From: Nitrospirota bacterium
GTDB lineage: Bacteria; Nitrospirota; JACRHJ01
NCBI GenBank assembly: GCA_016212105.1
Contig: JACRHJ010000028.1
Coordinates: forward strand, 11,689 to 75,688
Length of the DNA: 64,000 bases
Reading direction: 5' to 3'
The position numbers and the translations under genes are program-made. This document shows positions 36,631-45,928 of this stretch, in pieces. Position 1 is the first letter of the stretch; each line of letters opens with the position of its first letter. The notes beneath the pieces are model-generated. The model was not told the DNA's origin, made no database searches, and saw nothing but the letters and a program-made list of their open reading frames with translations.

Positions 36631-39073
36631 TAAAGAATCCGGGTGTCGCATGGTCACCTCCGAAAAGGTGGAACTGGAGATACTGAGCGAGGTCAGCAAG
36701 GTAGCCAACTCCACCCTCGAGTACAACGTGAAGCTGGAGAAGATCGTCAGTGCCATAGCCGGCAGGCTCGGCAGGGACGTCTGTTACGTCGTGCTCAGGG
36801 ACCGTGACCGGGACACCCTCGTCCTGAAGGCGGCGGTCGGGCTCAACCCGGACTCCATAGACCGCGTCATGCTCCGGATGGGAGAGGGGGTAACCGGCTG
36901 GGCGGCAGAGCACAAGGAGCCGGTCGCGCTCGCCGTGGCGAGGGACGACCCGAGGTTCCGGCTGGTCAGGCAGACCGGCGAGGAAAGGTACACCTCGCTC
37001 CTCGCGGTGCCGATACTCTACGACCAGCGGTGCATCGGCGTCATGGCGGTCCAGACGGTCGAGCCGCACGAGTACTCGCAGGACGAGATAACGCTCCTGT
37101 CCACGATAGCGAACGACGTGGGCGGGATAATAAACTCCGCGCAGCTCTACCAGGACGCGAAGACGAACCTGGAGGCGCTGTCCGCGCTGTACGACGTCAG
37201 CCAGGCGCTGATGTCCACGCTCGACCTGCCGACACTGCTCGACAGGATAGCGAGGTCGAGCGCGGAGGTCATAGGCGCCAAAGGCTGCATCCTGAGGCTC
37301 CTGAACAAGGAGTCCGGGCTCCTCGAGATAAAGGCCTCGCACGGCTTCGCCGCGGAGCTTGGCAGGAAGACGGAGCTTCGCATCGGCGAAAGCATCGCGG
37401 GGATGGTCGCGGCCGACGGCAAGCCGATGCTCATCAAGGACGTATACGAGCACCCGGAGTTCCTTAACGCGACCGGGGCGGTGGTCCGCTCGCTCCTCTG
37501 CGTGCCGATGATAGCCAAGGACAAGGTCATCGGCACCATCGCGCTGTACGACAAGGAGGAGGAGGGCAGGCACGGGGAGCAGCCGTTCAACGACGACGAC
37601 CTGCACCTGCTCACGACGCTCGCTACCCAGGCCTCGATGGCGGTCGAGAACGCGTTCATATTCGAGCGGGCGGAGGACCTCGCCCAGGAGAACGAGAAGA
37701 AGGCGGCCGAGCTGTCTTTCCTGTACGACGTGGCGTACGCGATGCGCTCGACGCTCAAGCTCGACCGGCTGTTGCACACCATCCTGACCGCGATGACCAT
37801 AGGCGGCGGGATGAGCTTCAACCGGGCGATACTCTTCCTCGTGAACGAGAGGACGAAGACGATGCAGGGCATGCTCGGCGTCGGGCCGTCCTCGGCGTGG
37901 GAGGCGGGCGAGATTTGGTCCCGGCTGGGCGACCGGCCGGTGAACTTCCGGGAGTGGACGCTCACGGACACGGAGCTTGCCGCCCAGAACGAGTCCGCGT
38001 TCAACCGGATGGCGAAGAGCCTCAGGGTGTCCTACGAGGAGGAGACCGGCGTCTTCGCCGCCGCGATCCGCGAAAGACGCGCTATACTTATAGAGGACGC
38101 GGAGAAAGACCCGCTCGCCGGGCCGGACATACTGGAGCTTATGGGGGTCAGGAGCTTCGCGGCGGTCCCGCTCGTGGCCAAGGACAAGGTGACCTCGCTC
38201 GTCGTCGTGGACAACAAGTTCACCGGCAGGCCGATAACGATGGAGGGCCTCAGGTTCCTGATGATGTTCGCCAACCAGGCCGGGCTCGCCATAGAGGCCG
38301 CGATGGCCTACTCCAACCTCGAACGGACGAACCGCGACCTCAAGGAGGCGCAGGCGAGGCTGATACAGTCCGAGAAGATGGCAGCGCTGGGCGAGATGGC
38401 CGCGTCCATCGCGCACGAGATAAAGAACCCGCTGACCGTCATCGGGGGTTTTGCGACCAGGCTCGCGAGGAAGGCGGCCGAGGGCGACGAGGCCAGGTAC
38501 GCGAGGATCATAAAGGACGAGGCGCTGAGGCTCGACAAGATATTACAGGAGGTGCTGGACTTCTCGCGCGACATGAAGCCGAACCTCCAGAAGAGCAGCC
38601 TGAGGGAGCTGTGCGAGGAGACGCTCGACATGTACGCCGAGCAGCTCCGGGAGAAGGGCATCAGGGTGGGCGTCGAGCTGTCGTCCGAGATGGGGGACGT
38701 GATGCTCGACCCCCAGCAGATGAAGCAGGCGGTGATAAACATACTGGCGAACTCGATGCAGGCGATGGAGGCCACCGGCGGGCGCGAGATAAGGATAAGG
38801 GCCTACCGGGACGCGGACGCGGACAGGATGGTCCTCGAGGTGGAGGACACCGGCGGCGGTATACCCGCCGACATGATGGAGAACATTTTCAACCCGTTCT
38901 TCACGACGAAGGAGAAGGGCACGGGCCTGGGGCTCGCGATAACCAGCAAGATAATAAAGAACCACGGCGGCGAGATAGAGGTCGTCAACAGGGAGGGCGT
39001 CGGGGCGACATTCAGGATAAAGCTGCCGCCCGTGCGCGAGGAGATAATAGACGATGTCGAAAGCGAAGGGTAA
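36626..39073 (+). CDS. cytoplasmic multi-GAF sensor histidine kinase
   Basis: 815 aa with no TM helices and at least three GAF-like segments. The H-box is ASIAHEIKNPLTVI. The ATPase boxes are NILANSMQAM, DTGGGI and GTGLGLAI. The start is uncertain: the ATG at 36626 lies inside a B repeat module, and 36650 is the alternative. Confidence 0.9.
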   Translation: MYKESGCRMVTSEKVELEILSEVSKVANSTLEYNVKLEKIVSAIAGRLGRDVCYVVLRDRDRDTLVLKAAVGLNPDSIDRVMLRMGEGVTGWAAEHKEPVALAVARDDPRFRLVRQTGEERYTSLLAVPILYDQRCIGVMAVQTVEPHEYSQDEITLLSTIANDVGGIINSAQLYQDAKTNLEALSALYDVSQALMSTLDLPTLLDRIARSSAEVIGAKGCILRLLNKESGLLEIKASHGFAAELGRKTELRIGESIAGMVAADGKPMLIKDVYEHPEFLNATGAVVRSLLCVPMIAKDKVIGTIALYDKEEEGRHGEQPFNDDDLHLLTTLATQASMAVENAFIFERAEDLAQENEKKAAELSFLYDVAYAMRSTLKLDRLLHTILTAMTIGGGMSFNRAILFLVNERTKTMQGMLGVGPSSAWEAGEIWSRLGDRPVNFREWTLTDTELAAQNESAFNRMAKSLRVSYEEETGVFAAAIRERRAILIEDAEKDPLAGPDILELMGVRSFAAVPLVAKDKVTSLVVVDNKFTGRPITMEGLRFLMMFANQAGLAIEAAMAYSNLERTNRDLKEAQARLIQSEKMAALGEMAASIAHEIKNPLTVIGGFATRLARKAAEGDEARYARIIKDEALRLDKILQEVLDFSRDMKPNLQKSSLRELCEETLDMYAEQLREKGIRVGVELSSEMGDVMLDPQQMKQAVINILANSMQAMEATGGREIRIRAYRDADADRMVLEVEDTGGGIPADMMENIFNPFFTTKEKGTGLGLAITSKIIKNHGGEIEVVNREGVGATFRIKLPPVREEIIDDVESEG

Positions 39074-39081
39074 ACCGTAAA

Positions 39082-39130
39082 GCCCCGCCTTCTTGAAAGA
39101 AGGCGGCCCAAGAACTTTTGAACGGGTGAG
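39082..39130 (-). repeat. T element copy 4 (inverted orientation, between the GAF kinase and its response regulator)
   Basis: The reverse complement reads cctcacccgttcaaaagttcttgggccgccttctttcaagaaggcggggc. Confidence 0.75.
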
Positions 39131-39165
39131 GAGTTGCACCCTGTTAATCCCGAGAAGGGGGTGAC

Positions 39166-39525
39166 ATGATGGGCAAGAGGATACTGGTGGTGGACGACGA
39201 GGAGAACATCCGCCAGCTCTACAAGGAAGAGCTGCTGGAGGACGGGTACGAGGTCTTCCTTGCGACGAACGGCGAAGAGGCCATCCGGATGGTGGACGAG
39301 GTCATGCCGGACCTGGTCACGCTCGACGTACGCATGCCGGGCATGGACGGCATAGAGGCGCTCCGCGCCATCAAGGAAAAGAACCGCGAGCTGCCGATGA
39401 TAATGTGCACGGCATACCCGGAGTACAAGCACGACTTCGGCGTCTGGGCATCAGAGGCCTACGTGGTCAAGTCCTCAGACCTCAAGGAGCTGAAGGACGC
39501 GATAAAGAAGATACTCGGGACTTGA
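39166..39525 (+). CDS. single-domain response regulator (CheY-like)
   Basis: 119 aa with ILVVDDEENIRQL, DLVTLDVRMPGMDG and MCTAY, and a conserved Lys in VVKS. Confidence 0.92.
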   Translation: MMGKRILVVDDEENIRQLYKEELLEDGYEVFLATNGEEAIRMVDEVMPDLVTLDVRMPGMDGIEALRAIKEKNRELPMIMCTAYPEYKHDFGVWASEAYVVKSSDLKELKDAIKKILGT

Positions 39526-39530
39526 GCCAT

Positions 39531-40184
39531 ATGATCGAATACGCCGAGAAATTCGAGGACATCTTCGAGACGATGAAGGGCGGCGACACGCGCGAGCTTG
39601 CCACCGCGTGCGACCTCGTCGTGCGCTCCTGGAAGGACGTGCCCGTGGAGCCGCTGCTCGCGCTGAAGGCCCTGTTCAGCAAGGTCGGCCTGGAGGACAG
39701 GGAGGCGCACATAGACGAGGCGCTCGCGAGCATTGCGGAGAAAAGGCCGGAGCCCTTCACGAAGATAGCCACCGAGCCGGAGAGCCCGCTCTGGCTGTCC
39801 GCGGTCGAGGTACTGTCCCTTACGGGGGACGAGGAGTACCTGGACCTCTTCGTCAGCCTCCTGCCGCTCTGCCCCAAGAGGAAACTGCCGGGCCTGGTGC
39901 GCTCTATCGGGCGCTACCGGTGCGCCAAAGCCGCCGAGGCAGTATCGCCTTACCTGAACTCGTCAGACGAGGCGCTTTTCTTCGAGGCGCTGTTGTCTCT
40001 CGAGGACGACGGGGGGCCGGAGGCGCTCGCCTGCCTGAGGGCCGCGCGCGACGCACGGCGGCGCGAGGGCTCCGAGATGGCCGCAGTGCTCGAGAGGGTG
40101 GTCGAGAAGATGGAAAGGGCGGCAGGCGGGCCGGAAGGCCCGTCCGGCTTCGGTCAGGGTGCGGGCGGCGCGTCCGCCGGCTGA
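39531..40184 (+). CDS. hypothetical alpha-helical (HEAT-repeat-like) protein
   Basis: 217 aa from the ATG at 39531, 5 nt after the response regulator stop. It is helical and Leu/Ala-rich with a Gly-rich tail. The 3' end overlaps the convergent GGDEF gene by 31 nt. There is no confident family. Confidence 0.5.
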   Translation: MIEYAEKFEDIFETMKGGDTRELATACDLVVRSWKDVPVEPLLALKALFSKVGLEDREAHIDEALASIAEKRPEPFTKIATEPESPLWLSAVEVLSLTGDEEYLDLFVSLLPLCPKRKLPGLVRSIGRYRCAKAAEAVSPYLNSSDEALFFEALLSLEDDGGPEALACLRAARDARRREGSEMAAVLERVVEKMERAAGGPEGPSGFGQGAGGASAG

Positions 40185-41482
40185 CCGGCGACCGCCTTTT
40201 TGTCCTTCTTGGCCCTGTACATGAACGAGTCCGCCTTCTTGATGGTCGTGTAGAGGTCGGTCCCGTATATCGACGTGCCGAGCCCGTATGAAACGCTGAG
40301 GTTCAGCCCGAGCAGGTTCTCCGAGAGGTCCTTCGTCTCGTTCCATTCATCCGCCTGACGCTTGAACCGGCTGATGAGCACCTCGCCCTCCTCCGGCCCG
40401 CTGTGCGGGAGAATTATCACGAACTCGTCCCCGCCCACCCTCGCTATTATGTCCTCGTGCCTGGTGTTGTCCTGGAATATCTGCGACATCTTCTTCAGCA
40501 GTATGTCGCCCGCCTCGTGGCCGTAGGTGTCGTTCGCGTCCTTGAGGTTGTCGAGGTCGGCGTAGATTATCGTGTACGGCCCCCTCTTCCTCTTGTCGTT
40601 TATGTTCTTCTTCTCCTCGTTTTCGAGGTAGAGGTTCAGGTAGTGCTTGTTGTAGACGCCGGTAAGCGCGTCCCTGTTGGCCCGGCGCTTCAGCTCGTCC
40701 TCTTCCTTCCGCCTCGCTGTCGCGTCCGTGACTATCTGGAGGACGTGGGTGACGACGCCCTCGGCGTTCTTGACGGGTATGCTCTTGTTCTCCGTGACCA
40801 CCGTCCTGCCCTTTATCTCCGTGGTGCGCGAGTGGGTCGCCTCCTTGCCGGTCTGGAACGCCTTCCTCGCGGCGCAGTCCTCAATGCAGACGTCGTCCTT
40901 GCCGCCCAGGACCTCGTAGCACTTGTGGCCGAGTATGTCCACGAGCGGCTTGCCGAGGAACTGCCGCGCGCCGTACTCGTTCATCTCGACGTAGGTCATG
41001 TTCGCGTCGAGGAGCGCGAGGAGAGACGGGACGTTGCCCGCGATCTTCCGCTGTATCTCTATCTGCCGGAGCAGCTTTGCGTTCGCCTCCTTGAGCTTGC
41101 GGGAAGACTCGACAAGCTCCTCCCGGCCCTCGACCACCTTCTTCTCGAGGTTCTCTGTGAGGTCCTTCAGCTCCGCCTGGGACCTCTCCAGCTCCAGGTT
41201 CTTGGCGAGTATCTCGGACTGGTGCATCACGTCGTCCTCGCGCAGCTTCCCGACCAGGACGCCGACCGCGCCGACGACGAATATGGAGCCCGCGATGAAG
41301 ACGTGCGTGATGATGTTCTCTGGGGAGCTGAGCACGACGTCGCGGAGGTAGGCGGAGAAGGTTTTATCGCCGTGGAAGAGGTTGAAGTCCACGAGGGTGT
41401 ACATGAGCGGGGCGGTGGCGCCCACGAGCGCGCCCGTCACGCCGTACTTCAGCTTCTCGCTCGTTTTTACAAGGGAGGTCAT
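40154..41482 (-). CDS. membrane-anchored PAS-GGDEF diguanylate cyclase
   Basis: The active site is RVGGDEFVIIL. An RxxD I-site (RHED) lies exactly 5 residues upstream. The protein also has two N-terminal TM helices, a coiled coil and a PAS domain. The start could be 41482 or 41524. Confidence 0.9.
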   Translation of the reverse strand: MTSLVKTSEKLKYGVTGALVGATAPLMYTLVDFNLFHGDKTFSAYLRDVVLSSPENIITHVFIAGSIFVVGAVGVLVGKLREDDVMHQSEILAKNLELERSQAELKDLTENLEKKVVEGREELVESSRKLKEANAKLLRQIEIQRKIAGNVPSLLALLDANMTYVEMNEYGARQFLGKPLVDILGHKCYEVLGGKDDVCIEDCAARKAFQTGKEATHSRTTEIKGRTVVTENKSIPVKNAEGVVTHVLQIVTDATARRKEEDELKRRANRDALTGVYNKHYLNLYLENEEKKNINDKRKRGPYTIIYADLDNLKDANDTYGHEAGDILLKKMSQIFQDNTRHEDIIARVGGDEFVIILPHSGPEEGEVLISRFKRQADEWNETKDLSENLLGLNLSVSYGLGTSIYGTDLYTTIKKADSFMYRAKKDKKAVAGQPADAPPAP

Positions 41483-41581
41483 CTGGCAACCCGGATGTGG
41501 ATTGAGGTTATCATAAGCATCCATATATTATAAAAGGTTGCGCGCTTTGTCAAGGAATAAGGGGCAGGGCCTAAAATTCAG

Positions 41582-41610
41582 TTGACAAAGAAAAAATCAT
41601 GTTGTATGCT
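41582..41610 (+). promoter_or_regulatory. sigma-70-like promoter of rho (long leader follows)
   Basis: TTGACA (41582-41587), a 17-nt spacer, then TATGCT (41605-41610). It lies about 215 nt upstream of the rho start. Confidence 0.5.
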
Positions 41611-41825
41611 TTTTTAAAGAGAAAGCCTGCCACCCGCGGCATCTCCATACTTAGCGCCTCGTAGTACATCCAAGAACACAATAGGCTCGCAACAATCCAA
41701 GCAGCTTCAGCCTGTTTCAAATCAAGGGTAAACTTAGCGCCTGAACACCCCATTTCCCTTGTTTGGTTTCCGGACCTTTCGCATTATACACACGCCCTAA
41801 ACAACAATTCAAAGGTGACGACTTC

Positions 41826-43091
41826 ATGGACGAGCAGGTAATACAGATGAACATCGTGGAACTTAAGGAAAAGAACATCAGCGACCTCGCGAACATCGCC
41901 AAGGACCTGAAGGTCGAGGGCGCGAGCGGCCTCAGGAAGCAGGAGCTGATCTTCGCGATACTCCAGGCCCAGACCGAGAAGAACGGCCAGATATACGGCG
42001 CGGGCGTCCTCGAGACGCTTCCCGACGGCTTCGGCTTCCTCCGCGCGCCGGACTACAACTACCTGCCCGGCCCGGACGACATCTACGTCTCGCCGTCCCA
42101 GATCAGGCGGTTCAACCTTCGGACCGGCGACACCGTCGAGGGCCAGATACGCCCGCCCAAGGAGGGCGAGCGCTACTTCGCGCTGCTCAAGGTCGAGTCG
42201 GTCAACTTCGAGGCGCCAGAGGAGACGCGGGACAAGATACTTTTCGACAACCTCACGCCGCTCTACCCGGACGAGCGCATCAACATGGAGGTCATGGGCG
42301 ACATGAGCACCCGCGTCATGGACCTCGTCACCCCGGTCGGCAAGGGTCAGAGGGGCATGATCGTCGCCCAGCCCCGCACCGGCAAGACCATGCTGCTCCA
42401 GTCCATCGCAAAGGCCATCACGAAGAACCACCCCGAGATAGTCCTCATCGTCCTGCTCATCGACGAGCGGCCGGAAGAAGTCACCGACATGACCCGCCAG
42501 GTAAAGGCGGAGGTCATCTCCTCGACCTTCGACGAGCCGCCACAGAGGCACGTGCAGGTGGCCGAGATGGTCATAGAGAAGGCGAAGCGCCTCGTCGAGC
42601 ACAAGAAGGACGTCGTCATCCTGCTCGACTCCATAACCAGGCTCGCGCGGGCGTACAACACCATCGTCCCGCCGTCCGGCAAGGTGCTCTCGGGCGGCAT
42701 CGACGCGAACGCGCTCCAGAGGCCCAAGCGGTTCTTCGGGGCCGCGAGGAACATCGAGGAGGGCGGAAGCCTTACCATCATCGCGACCGCGCTGGTGGAC
42801 ACCGGCTCCCGCATGGACGACGTCATCTTCGAGGAGTTCAAGGGCACCGGCAACATGGAACTGCACCTGGACAGGAAGCTCGTCGAGAGGCGCGTCTTCC
42901 CGGCGATAGACATCAACTCCTCCGGCACCAGGAAGGAAGAGCTGCTCATCGACCAGCTCACGCTCAACAAGATGTGGGTGCTAAGGAAGGTCCTGAACCC
43001 GCTCTCGACCGTCGAGTCTATGGAGTTCATGATAGACAAGCTCCGCGTCACGAAGACCAACAAGGACTTCATCGAGTCGATGAACAAGTAA
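41826..43091 (+). CDS. rho: transcription termination factor Rho
   Basis: [21 protein letters not shown] aligns with the E. coli Rho N-terminus. The RNA-binding domain is GFGFLR...[16 protein letters not shown]. The P-loop is [10 protein letters not shown]. The start is either 41826 (AGGTGA 7 nt upstream) or 41847. Confidence 0.96.
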   Translation: MDEQVIQMNIVELKEKNISDLANIAKDLKVEGASGLRKQELIFAILQAQTEKNGQIYGAGVLETLPDGFGFLRAPDYNYLPGPDDIYVSPSQIRRFNLRTGDTVEGQIRPPKEGERYFALLKVESVNFEAPEETRDKILFDNLTPLYPDERINMEVMGDMSTRVMDLVTPVGKGQRGMIVAQPRTGKTMLLQSIAKAITKNHPEIVLIVLLIDERPEEVTDMTRQVKAEVISSTFDEPPQRHVQVAEMVIEKAKRLVEHKKDVVILLDSITRLARAYNTIVPPSGKVLSGGIDANALQRPKRFFGAARNIEEGGSLTIIATALVDTGSRMDDVIFEEFKGTGNMELHLDRKLVERRVFPAIDINSSGTRKEELLIDQLTLNKMWVLRKVLNPLSTVESMEFMIDKLRVTKTNKDFIESMNK

Positions 43092-43102
43092 GGGGCTATG
43101 GC

Positions 43103-43292
43103 CACACGGTTGTCATTCTGAGCAAAGCGAAGAATCTGCCTATATACAACAGAATGGGGCGCGGGAAACCGCGCCCCTTCCATTTGCAGGGGCCGACAGT
43201 CGTGTCGGCCCTGCTTTTAAAATCGCCCGATGAATCGGGCAGCTACAACCAGACCAAAAGAAAAGGGCCGACACGACGGCCGGCCCCTGCAA
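43103..43292. repeat. cluster R14 downstream of rho (F, GC hairpin, D, H, D)
   Basis: Modules: 43112-43145 gtcattctgagcaaagcgaagaatctgcctatat; 43156-43177 ggggcgcgggaaaccgcgcccc; 43186-43214 D; 43225-43246 H; 43265-43290 D. Confidence 0.9.
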
Positions 43293-43315
43293 CAAGGTAT
43301 CTGACCTTTTTAATT

Positions 43316-44281
43316 TCAGAACCCCGCCGCCTTCTTCATCTCGGCCGGCGCAAGCTCTATGCCGAGCGCGCGGAGCGCCTCGGGCACGCCCTCGATGTAG
43401 CTCTGGTACATGGGGGCGAAGCCGGCCTCGTTCCTGGCCTTGACGTTCGACACCCTTATGGACGAGCCGAACGCCTCCGCCATCAGCTCGCCGTGGAGCT
43501 TGGCGAAGGTGTTGTAGTCCACCGTCTTGGGCGGCGCCGCGCCCATCAGGCCCGCGACGTAGTCGAGGAACGTCTTCTGTGTCACGGGGTGGTTGTCAGC
43601 CAGGCAGAACCGCTCGCCCAGCGGCATCCTGTCCACTATGCGCTTGATGCCCTCGGCCAGGTCGTCGATGTGTATCAGGCTGTTGTAGTTGACGCCCGCC
43701 TCCATTACGCGCAGCGTCCCGGCCTTGATACCGTCCACGATGTAGTGCTCGAACCAGCCGCCCGGACCGTATACCCATCCGGGGAAGACCTCGATGGTAG
43801 GAAGCCCCGCCTTCTTGGCCGCCTTGTCTATCGCCCAGTACGCGCCGCCTACCGGCCTCGCGAGGCCGACCGGGTCTACCGTCAGGACCTCGCTGCCCCA
43901 GCGGTCGCCGTGGTTGCCGAGCGCCGTGACATGGTAGGTCAGCAGTATCGCCTCCACCCTCGAATACCTGGTGGCATTTATCAGGTTGGTGACCATCTCC
44001 TTGTGCGCCTCGGACCTGCGCTCCGCATCCTTGATGGACATCGCCTCGTTCACCCGGAACGGGGACGACGCGCTGATGACCAGCTCGCAGTCCTTCACGC
44101 TGTCGGCCCAGGGCTCGGGGACGAGCAGGTCGCCGTGCACCGGGATGCCGCCCGCCCTCTTCACCATGTCGGCCTTCGCGGCGTCCTGGATCAGACCCTT
44201 GACGGTATGGCCCGCGGCCGTCAGCCTCTTAAGTACGGCCGAGCCGACGAAGCCGGTCGCACCTGTCAGAAATACCTTCAT
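43316..44281 (-). CDS. NAD-dependent epimerase/dehydratase (extended SDR)
   Basis: MKVFLTGATGFVGSAV is a Rossmann TGxxGxxG motif. The gene encodes 321 aa and is a paralogue of 45929..46876. Confidence 0.88.
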   Translation of the reverse strand: MKVFLTGATGFVGSAVLKRLTAAGHTVKGLIQDAAKADMVKRAGGIPVHGDLLVPEPWADSVKDCELVISASSPFRVNEAMSIKDAERRSEAHKEMVTNLINATRYSRVEAILLTYHVTALGNHGDRWGSEVLTVDPVGLARPVGGAYWAIDKAAKKAGLPTIEVFPGWVYGPGGWFEHYIVDGIKAGTLRVMEAGVNYNSLIHIDDLAEGIKRIVDRMPLGERFCLADNHPVTQKTFLDYVAGLMGAAPPKTVDYNTFAKLHGELMAEAFGSSIRVSNVKARNEAGFAPMYQSYIEGVPEALRALGIELAPAEMKKAAGF

Positions 44282-44529
44282 AACACACCTCCTGAAATCG
44301 CGTCGTTGATGTAACCTCGCCGCGGCGACTTTTCAGCCGTCTTTATTATATTATATCATTTCGGGGGCCGCGTACAAGCCGGCCGAGAGCGGTCACGACC
44401 GCAGTGCCACCCCCGCCCGACGGGCATATATGCATAAATATCTTGTTAATCAGGGCTAAATAGTGTAGCCTTGCAAGAGGGGCGATAACGCCCGTACGCA
44501 TCAACCAGAACAACGAGGGAGTTACATCG

Positions 44530-45297
44530 ATGAAGAGATTTTCCAGTCCGTGGGTAATGGGCGCGGCGGCTATATTTTCCGTGACACTGTGCATGCAGCC
44601 CGTCCCGGCTGCGGCCGAGGGCGCCGGCCACCACGGCGGCATGGGTTCCATGGGAGACGCAGGCGGGGCATCGATAGGGGAGTCGGTCATCTCCGGCAAG
44701 GTGGCCGAGACAATGAACTCGGGCGGGTACACATACGTCCGGCTTGAGAAGGGCGGCAAGGAGGTATGGGTCGCGGTCCCGGCGATGAAGGTCAAGGTCG
44801 GCGAGGAGATGGTGTTTTCGCCAGGCAACCCGATGTACGACTTCAACAGCCCGTCTCTCAAGAAGACCTTCGACTTGATCTACTTCTCACCGGGCACGGT
44901 AACGCTGCCAGGTACCAAGGCCGACACGAAGACAAAGGCCGCGGAGGGGGGCGCGAAGGCCAAGGGCGAGGCTGTAAAGGTGAACAAGGCCGAGGGCCCG
45001 GACGCCTATACCGTTGGAGAGGTTTATTCCGAGGCGGCCAAACTGAACAACAAGACCGTGAGGGTCAGGGGCAAGGTGGTCAAGGTCTCGCAGGGCATAC
45101 TGGGCTCAAACTGGGTGCACGTGCAGGACGGAACCGGCGACGCGGCCAAGGGCACGGCAAACCTGGTCTGCACCACCGACGGCCTGCCAGAGGTAGGCGA
45201 CGTGGTCGAGGTATCCGGCATCCTCTCCAAGGACAAGGACTTCGGCTACGGCTACAAGTACGACTGCATCGTCGAGAAGTCGACGATAAAGAAGTAG
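44530..45297 (+). CDS. secreted protein with two OB-like repeats (function unknown)
   Basis: A signal peptide (…CMQPVPAAAEG) is followed by a His/Met/Gly-rich linker (AGHHGGMGSMGD). Two segments follow, beginning GKVAETMNSGGYTYVRL and GKVVKVSQGILGSNWVHV. GAGGGA lies upstream. Confidence 0.7.
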   Translation: MKRFSSPWVMGAAAIFSVTLCMQPVPAAAEGAGHHGGMGSMGDAGGASIGESVISGKVAETMNSGGYTYVRLEKGGKEVWVAVPAMKVKVGEEMVFSPGNPMYDFNSPSLKKTFDLIYFSPGTVTLPGTKADTKTKAAEGGAKAKGEAVKVNKAEGPDAYTVGEVYSEAAKLNNKTVRVRGKVVKVSQGILGSNWVHVQDGTGDAAKGTANLVCTTDGLPEVGDVVEVSGILSKDKDFGYGYKYDCIVEKSTIKK

Positions 45298-45386
45298 CGG
45301 CGCGGACCAATAAAGCTCATAACACCCCAGCCCCCTCTTAATCTTAAGAGGGGTTCATAATTAATTTTCAACGACGAGGTGAAGCG

Positions 45387-45716
45387 ATGGGCGCAGGTCT
45401 CCCTGAAAAGTTCGACGGCGTGAGCGTTGTCCTGAAGGCAAACGTGTACTTCGACGGGAAGGTGGTCAGCCACACCGTGCTGTTCCCGGACGGCACGAAG
45501 AAGACGCTCGGCCTTATTTACCCCGGCACGTACAACTTCGGGACCGGCGCGCCGGAGAGGATGTCCTTCGTCGCGGGCTCATGCAGGTACAGGCTTGCGG
45601 GCCAGGACGCATGGTCTGTCTGCGCTGCGGGGAGCTTCTTCGACGTCCCCGGCGACTCTTCCTTCGACATCGCCGTCGAGGACGGCATAGCCGAGTACGT
45701 CTGCTCGTTCGGCTGA
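45387..45716 (+). CDS. ppnP: pyrimidine/purine nucleoside phosphorylase PpnP (UPF0345/DUF1255)
   Basis: 109 aa. [14 protein letters not shown]...[16 protein letters not shown]....L......W.....[12 protein letters not shown] is the family pattern. Confidence 0.88.
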   Translation: MGAGLPEKFDGVSVVLKANVYFDGKVVSHTVLFPDGTKKTLGLIYPGTYNFGTGAPERMSFVAGSCRYRLAGQDAWSVCAAGSFFDVPGDSSFDIAVEDGIAEYVCSFG

Positions 45717-45743
45717 CAATATCCGACATCTAAATAGAGCAAC

Positions 45744-45816
45744 TTCCTGGCCCCCGTGTCAAGCACGGGGCGACAATAAGAGACCGTCATTCCCGCGAAA
45801 GCGGGAATCCAGCGAC
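45744..45816. repeat. cluster R15 (B, A)
   Basis: Modules: 45744-45775 ttcctggcccccgtgtcaagcacggggcgaca; 45786-45816 gtcattcccgcgaaagcgggaatccagcgac. Confidence 0.9.
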
Positions 45817-45860
45817 TTATATTGTGTTGCTGGGTTGGCCTGATGGATTGCCGGATAAAT

Positions 45861-45890
45861 AAAGCGGCCCTGCGTTACCGGGGCCGCTTT
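45861..45890. terminator. bidirectional intrinsic terminator between ppnP and the SDR gene
   Basis: AAAGCGGCCC-tgcgttacc-GGGGCCGCTTT forms a hairpin with A/T-rich flanks on both sides. Confidence 0.6.
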
Positions 45891-45928
45891 ATTGTATATT
45901 ATCCACCTTTGCCCGGGCCTGGGCGCGG

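Noticed and set aside
36482-38416. 644-aa minus-strand ORF opposite the GAF kinase; similar cases at 33128..34165, 34917..35645, 40403..41533, 41784..42866, 42974..44314, 12582..13442 and 3227..4159
   Set aside because: All are antisense to well-supported genes and encode R/L/V/H-rich sequence with no recognisable domain.
41571-41902. Small minus-strand ORFs (41571..41753, 41717..41902) in the rho leader
   Set aside because: They have no ribosome-binding site and hydrophobic, low-information products, and they overlap the predicted rho promoter and leader on the opposite strand.
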